A stretch of 64,000 bases of DNA, taken from the NCBI GenBank assembly GCA_965223505.1, contig CBDCWP010000005.1, forward strand, positions 1-64,000. Direction: 5' to 3'. Of the stretch, positions 59,451-64,000 are shown in pieces; the first letter of the stretch is position 1, and every line of letters starts with the position of its first letter. The stretch comes from Planctomycetota bacterium (lineage in GTDB: Bacteria; Planctomycetota; PLA2; JAEUHO01). The position numbers and the translations under genes were made by a program. The notes under the pieces are model-generated. The model saw nothing but the letters and a program-made list of their open reading frames with translations. It searched no databases and was not told the DNA's origin.

Positions 59451-62400
59451 TCAGGCGCCGTGTTCCTTCCATGCCGCGTCGATCTCGGCGTGCAGCGGTA
59501 CGTTCTCGATCATGGTTCGACGGTGCTCGGGCGCCGTGCGATCCAAGGCGAGTTGCAGCAGTCGATGCGCCTCTTCGAGGTGCGCGCGCTCTCCGGTGAG
59601 CTGCCAGATTCGGTAGCGCGCCTCGAGCCTCGCGCGCAGGTCCGAACGGCCCTCGTACGCATCGATCGCCTCGACCAGGTCCGAAACGGGGCAACCGGAC
59701 GCCACGATGCGAAGCATCGTCGCGACGAGAATTGTCGCCGGACGGTCGTGCTCGCGCGCCAGCGCCAACGACTCTTCGATCATCGGAAGGGCCGTTTCGG
59801 CGTCCCCGCGCGCCAGGGCGACGCGTGCGAGACCGATCAGCGGCGCCGTCGTGTACGCGTCGGCCATGCCTCTGCGAATCACGAGCGCTTCCTGGTGAAG
59901 CCGCTGCGCTTCGCCCAGGTCGCCCCGGTCGAGCGCGACGTCCGCGAGCTGCGTCAGCGCGTTGGCTTCCTGCTTCCCCTCACCGATCTCGCGTGCGATG
60001 GCGAGCTGCACACGCATGGCCGTCTGCGCCTCTGCGAACCGTCCCCGGGCGTGCTCGATCTCACCCATGCTGCCGTTCGCCCGCCCCTCGGTGACCCGGT
60101 CTCCGATCTCGCGAGCGATCGCGAGCTTGTGCTCGACGTTCGCCTCGGCTTCCTGGTACCGACCGAGAGCGATGAGGACCTGGGCGAGGTTTCCGATCGC
60201 GGCCGCTTCGCCTCCTCGATCCCCGATCTCCTGGGTGAGACGCCGCCACTGCTCGATCTGCTCCCGCGCCTCGTCCAGATAGCCGAGTCCCCAGAGCACC
60301 ATGCCGAGGTTGCCCGTGGCAACGGCTTCGCCGCGACGGAAGCCGATCGACCGCGCGACCTCGAGACCGCGCTCGACGTAGGCGCGCGCCTCCTCGTACC
60401 GCCCCCGAGAGACGATCGCGAAGGAGGCTGCGCCGAGCGCTTGCGCCTCGAGGTGCGGGTCGCCGCTTTGCTCCGCACGTTCGAGCATCGCGGGGATGCG
60501 CGCCTGCGCCTCCTCGTTGCGTCCCAACCTCGTCAACGAGGCGATCACGAATCGCTCGGCCTGGATCTGGCCCTGCACGTCGCCGACCCGCGACGCCATC
60601 TCGAGGTGTCGCTCCGCGTCGGCGCGCGCCTCCTCGAACTGGCCCAGGAAGAACCGGACGGTGCCGAGGTTGCCGGTCGCCTCCGCTTCCCTGCGCGGGT
60701 CGCCGAGCTCACGAGCGAGCGCGAGACACCGCTCGAATCGCTCTTGGGCCGACGGGTAGCGCGCGGTCGCCAAGGCGAGCTGGGCCGCCGCGCGCTCGAC
60801 CGTCAGCACCGACGCGGGATCGGATTCGTCGACCAGTGCGCGCGCCTCTTGCAGCACCTCTTCCTGCGCTTCCCGCCGCCCCATCAGATCGAGCCGCGCG
60901 TTCTTCTCGAGCAGGACGTCCCGTCGCGCCGCGCCGGTGAGCAACCGCGGCACGGCGAGCGCGCGGTCGGCCAGCTCGACCGCCTGCTCGTTCAGGAAGT
61001 TCGCCTCGAGGTGCTTGAGGGCAACCGGCAGATAGCGAAGTGCCCGCGCCCCCCGCGCACCCTTCAGGAAGTGGCCGCACAGCTCGACGGACAGCGCCCC
61101 GGCGCGTCGTTCGTCGTCGGGGTGTTTCGCCTCGAGCGCTTCGGCGATCGCCGCGTGGTAGCGCGTCCGCAGTCGTTCGAGCAGAGCGGCGTACAGGGTC
61201 TCCTGCACTTGATGATGATCGAAGACGAGATCGGCGCCTGCGGATCGAACCAGGCGGTGGCGGCTTTCGATCCTGCCGAACGATCGCAGGGCTGGAATCA
61301 TGGCCATGCCGGCGACGCGTCCGACGAGCTCCGGGTCGAACGAGAACCCCACGCACGACGCGACGTCCAGAAGCTCCCGTTCCTCCTCCGAGAGGTCCTG
61401 CAGCCGCGCCTGCACGAGATCCGTCACCGTCGACGGCACCTGGATCTCGTCGATCACGTTCGTTCGGAACCAGGTTCCATCCGGACGGCGACTGATGAGC
61501 TGACCTTCGCGCAGCCCACGAATGATCTCGAAGACGAAGAACGGGTTGCCGTCGCTCTTGTGCGCGATGCGAAACCCGAGCTCTTCGGCGAGACGCTGCG
61601 ACTGGAACGCGTCGACGAGCAGCTCCGTCAGATCCTTCGCGCCCAGGCGTCCGAGCCTGATCTGCGTCGTCTGGTCCATGCGCGTGCAGTTCGCGACCCA
61701 CGCGTCGGGAACACCGGGCCGCATCGTGCCGATCATGAGCACGCGATGGCCCGCCGCGGCCGCGGCGAGCTGGAGGAACAAGGACCGAGACTCCTCGGAC
61801 GCGAAGTGGAGATCGTCGATCAGCAGGATCATCGTGCGCTCGGCCGCGACGTTGTGGGTGACGTGAACGAAGCACGACGTCAGCGACTCGCTGGTCAGCT
61901 CCAAGGCGCCGGTCGGGGCCGGTTCGCGGCGCAGCAACGCGTCGAATGCCGGCGCGAGCAGCGGCACGTTCCGCAAATACGACGCGGAGCCGCTTCGTCC
62001 GAAGTGCTCGCCGAACGCTTCGGAGAACGCGCCCGCCGACATGCCTGCCCCGCCGGGCGCATGGGATCCGAAGAGGAAGCTGAACTCGGCCCCCTCCTGG
62101 CGCAGCCGCGCGGCGAACTCGTCCACGAGGCGGGTCTTCCCGATGCCCGCTTCGCCTTCGATGAGCACGACGCGCCCCTCGCCGTGACGCGCCGCCTCGT
62201 ACGCTTCGCGAAGCTGCGCGAGCTCCGTGTCGCGACCGCACAGAACCGTCTCGCGGGGAATGCGGATGCGCCGCAGCGGCTGCTTGGTTCGCAGGCGAAT
62301 CCCCTGGGCGCGGGACGCCCACCAGGGCCCTTCGTCGCCCTCGCCGAGGACCTCCACCAGATCCCGCGCGGATGCGAAGCGCTCGGCCGGATCCTTCGCG

Positions 62401-63465
62401 ATCAACGTGTGAACGACTTCCTCGAAGAACGGCGAGATCTGCGGGTTGACGTCGCCTGCCCGGCGCGGCTCGGCTTCGAGCACGCCGCGTATCACCGTGC
62501 GCGCATCGTCGCGCCGGTAGGGATGCTGCCCTGTCGCGAGCTCGTAGAGCACGATGCCGAGCGCGTAGAGATCGGCGCGCCCGTCGGTGGCGTTGTCCGC
62601 GCGATCGAGCTGCTCCGGCGCGGCGTACTCGATCGAGCCGACGAACCCGCCGGCGCGCGATAGTCGCAACGCCTCGTCCTGGAGTCGCGCGACGCCGAAG
62701 TCCATGACCTTGACCACGTGTTCCGCCGTGATGAGGACGTTCTCGGGCTTGATGTCCCGATGCACGGCGCCGTGATCGTGGATCGCCGCGAGCCCCCTCG
62801 CGACCTCGAGGCCGATGTGGCGGCAGAGCTCCTCGGGAACGCGGTGAAGCTCGCGCAAACAGATCGCGCAGGTGCTGCCCCTCGACGTACTCCATGACCA
62901 GGAAGTGGTGCTGATGACCGCCGAGCGATACGGCGTCGCAGTCCAGCGTGCGCACGACGTTGTCGTTCTCGATCGCCTGCCCGACCCGGGCTTCACGCAA
63001 GAAGCGCTTGAAGAACCCTTCGGTCTCCAGCAGGTGCGGATGGACGACCTTCACGGCCACGCGGCCGCCGACGTCCAGTCCCGCCGCCGGTCGAGTCAGC
63101 TCGGCGCTGTAGACGGTGCCCATGCCCCCGGTCCCCAGCTTCGCGACGAGCCGGTACGCCGTCAGCTCGTCACCGGTCTGCAGCGGCGTGGCGCGCGCAA
63201 CGCCCAGCGCCTGGCCGATCGCCTGCCACAACGTGCCGCGTCCCGTGTCGCCGGCGTCGGCATCCGCGGCGTGGGTAGCGCGCTTCGGCGGCTCGGCGAG
63301 GAACGCGCCCGCGCGATCGTGCGCGTCGAGCAGACGTTCGACGCGGCGGGCCAGCCGTGCGTCGCCGGCACATCGCTCGCTCAGGAAGGCGGCACGTTCG
63401 GACGGGCAAAGCTCCACCGCTTCGACGAAGAGCGACTTGGCCTTGTGTTCCGGTCCGCCCGACAT
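59451..63465 (-). pseudogene. Ser/Thr kinase + AAA ATPase + TPR protein, interrupted by a +1 frameshift at 62857-62859
   Basis: GTGGMG, VAVK and LVMEY in one frame; HRDIKPEN, DFG, GEAGIGKT and TPRs in another; removing one T from CTGTTTGCGC restores LRDLLRELH. Confidence 0.8.
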
Positions 63466-63469
63466 CGCG

Positions 63470-63988
63470 CTACGCGCCCCCGTCTCCGAGCTGGTCAAAC
63501 AGCCAGGCGCGCGCCCACGCCCAGTCCCGCATCACGGTCCGCAACGAGCAGCCCAGCAGCTCCGCCACCTGGACCGACTCGAGGCCCGCGAAGAAACGCA
63601 GGCGCACGATCCCGGCCGCCCGTGCATCCACCTCTTCCAGGCGCTCAATCGCTTCGTCGACTGCCAGGAGGTCTTCGGGGTCCTCGTCCGCGGCCAGGTC
63701 CAAGCGCGACAGACCGATGCGTCGCCGGCCGCCGCAGCGCTTCTTGCGTCCGCGCGCTCGCGCGTGATCGATCAGGATCTCGCGCATCGCGCGGGCTGCG
63801 GCGAAGAAGAAGTGCGCGCGATCGACGCGCGCCGGATCGACGCCGGCCTTCTCCAGGCGCATCCACGCCTCGTGCACGAGTGCCGTCGCCTGCAGCGTGT
63901 GTGCCGAGCGCTCGCGTCCCATCTGCCGCCGCGCGATCTGCCGCAGCTCGGCATAGACGCGCCCGAACAGCTCGTCCGGCTCCGGCAA
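63470..63988 (-). CDS. ECF sigma factor (TIGR02999 planctomycete type); true start may lie beyond the window
   Basis: VYAELRQIA, HTLQATALVHEAW, AARAMREILIDHAR, LRFFAGL, RDWAWARAWL. Confidence 0.92.
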   Translation of the reverse strand: MPEPDELFGRVYAELRQIARRQMGRERSAHTLQATALVHEAWMRLEKAGVDPARVDRAHFFFAAARAMREILIDHARARGRKKRCGGRRRIGLSRLDLAADEDPEDLLAVDEAIERLEEVDARAAGIVRLRFFAGLESVQVAELLGCSLRTVMRDWAWARAWLFDQLGDGGA

Positions 63989-64000
63989 CGTGGGCTCGGT

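Overview
High-GC bacterial chromosome segment, probably Planctomycetota. This is inferred from the TIGR02999-type ECF sigma/Ser-Thr kinase pair, a planctomycete-style secretin domain, several long carboxypeptidase-regulatory-like proteins and a Zn-ribbon bactofilin. About 47 CDSs; no rRNA, tRNA or CRISPR seen. Main observations: (1) two genes that the ORF track splits at an in-frame TGA look like selenoproteins. They are a TlpA-like UxxC protein (23711-25054) and a thioredoxin-fold/TPR protein (43315-44394), and each has a GGUC-loop hairpin 24-25 nt after the UGA, as expected of a bacterial SECIS. The same window holds a putative selenate-type ABC transporter with a divergent LysR. (2) A ~1950-aa lipoprotein joins an RHS/YD shell with a degenerate autocleavage motif to a secretin domain in place of a toxin. 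(3) Also present: a likely circularly permuted DHH protein, a CX5R phosphatase-like/cytochrome c' fusion, a SELENON-like Cys protein, a MITE, GTAG-type REPs, a frameshifted kinase and a decayed receiver-domain gene. All assignments come from reading motifs by eye; no database search was run.
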